DNA from: Diplonema japonicum | Lineage: Eukaryota > Protista > Euglenozoa: Diplonemea | Direction of reading: 5' to 3' | Assembly: GCA_964019335.1 (NCBI GenBank) | Contig: OZ025681.1 | Coordinates: forward strand, 434,001 to 498,000 | Length of the DNA: 64,000 bases | Program-made: the position numbers and the translations under genes | In this document: one piece after another, positions 63,295 through 64,000 of the stretch | Layout of the letters: each line of letters starts with the position of its first letter | Numbering within the stretch: position 1 is the stretch's first letter | The notes under the pieces: model-generated | What the model was told of the DNA's origin: nothing | Seen by the model: the letters and a program-made list of their open reading frames with translations, nothing else | The model's database searches: none

Positions 63295-63439
63295 TAGGGT
63301 GAGGACAACAAGGTCCGTTTCTGTATCTTCTTTATTTTTTAGATACAAAGGAAACGGCCCCAAAATAAAGGAACGTTTCCGTTTCCTTATTTTCAAAAGA
63401 AAAAGCTTGGAAACGCGTTTCCTTGCCAACATAGCCCTG
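63295..63439. mobile_element. Degraded MITE, TAGGGCTATGCTGGCA family
   Basis: Right end ttgccaacatagccct; internal ggaaacggcccc and gtttccgtttcc shared with 22275-22469. Confidence 0.7.
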
Positions 63440-64000
63440 GGGGGGGGGGGGGGGGGTAACAATCATTCACAGGAAGAGCCAGGGGAAAAAAAACCCCCCC
63501 CCACCCGTAACTGAACCTAGGCATTATTGTACACGAAAAAATACCCTCCCCTCCCCGAGTGTGTGAAAAAAAAGAAAAAAACAATTTCACAATGATGGGG
63601 AAGAAAAAGGTGTTTGGCAAAAAAAAAAAAAAAAAAAAAATGCCCATAAACAAGAAAGAAAGAAAACTTAAAATAAGCGTAAAGTGGGGAAGTGTTGGCC
63701 TTCAGCGAAAACAGAAAAGGTAGCAGCACCACACAAGACACCCCCCCCCCATTTTTTAAACACCTTTTTCTCTTCTTTAAAAGGGAAGCGGATAGAGTGC
63801 GTGCTAGAAGAAAAAAGAAATTCCCGTAAGAACACCGGCCTTCTCGTGCTCAGTTGAGGTCTCCTGTGGGGCTTCATGCGTAGCATGGCCTATTCAGCAC
63901 AATCGGCCTCTTGTCGTGCCCGTGTGTGGTCAGGCCTCCACTACAGCGCAGGGAGTTATTGGAAAAAGAAAAGAAAAAAAAAATCGAGCCCAACGGAATG

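Noticed and set aside
21-63886. Many plus-strand and short alternate-frame ORFs in the track
   Set aside because: They are antisense shadows of real genes or poly-F/K/G/P translations of homopolymer tracts.
63880-63900. U6 snRNA-like TAGCATGGCC
   Set aside because: No ACAGAG box or downstream U6 sequence.

Overview
Eukaryotic nuclear DNA, most likely from a euglenozoan protist (diplonemid-like). Evidence: about 22 protein genes all on the minus strand (a directional cluster), few short GT-AG introns, homopolymer-rich spacers, kinetoplastid-type adenylate cyclases and a euglenozoan-type 18S fragment. Genes: two copies of a giant PAN/EGF surface protein, three GT92-like glycosyltransferases, a WD40 protein, cytochrome b561, glucose-6-phosphate 1-epimerase with an extra N-terminal docking domain, BBS7, a BPL_N/GATase-like protein, two multi-TM cyclases and a soluble pseudo-cyclase, RPC34, a Ubl-ankyrin family, a kinase-ankyrin protein and a mucin-multi-TM protein. 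Mobile DNA: a decayed VIPER/TATE-like tyrosine-recombinase element inside a dispersed repeat that also occurs empty, two TTAA piggyBac elements, several MITEs, a perfect 184-bp-arm palindrome, a TIR element enclosing an 18S fragment and a Crypton-like hairpin element. Most unusual: the possible site-specific YR element, introns with poly(A) rather than polypyrimidine tracts before the AG, the 18S capture, and patchwork identity between paralogs. All calls were made by eye; no database search was run.
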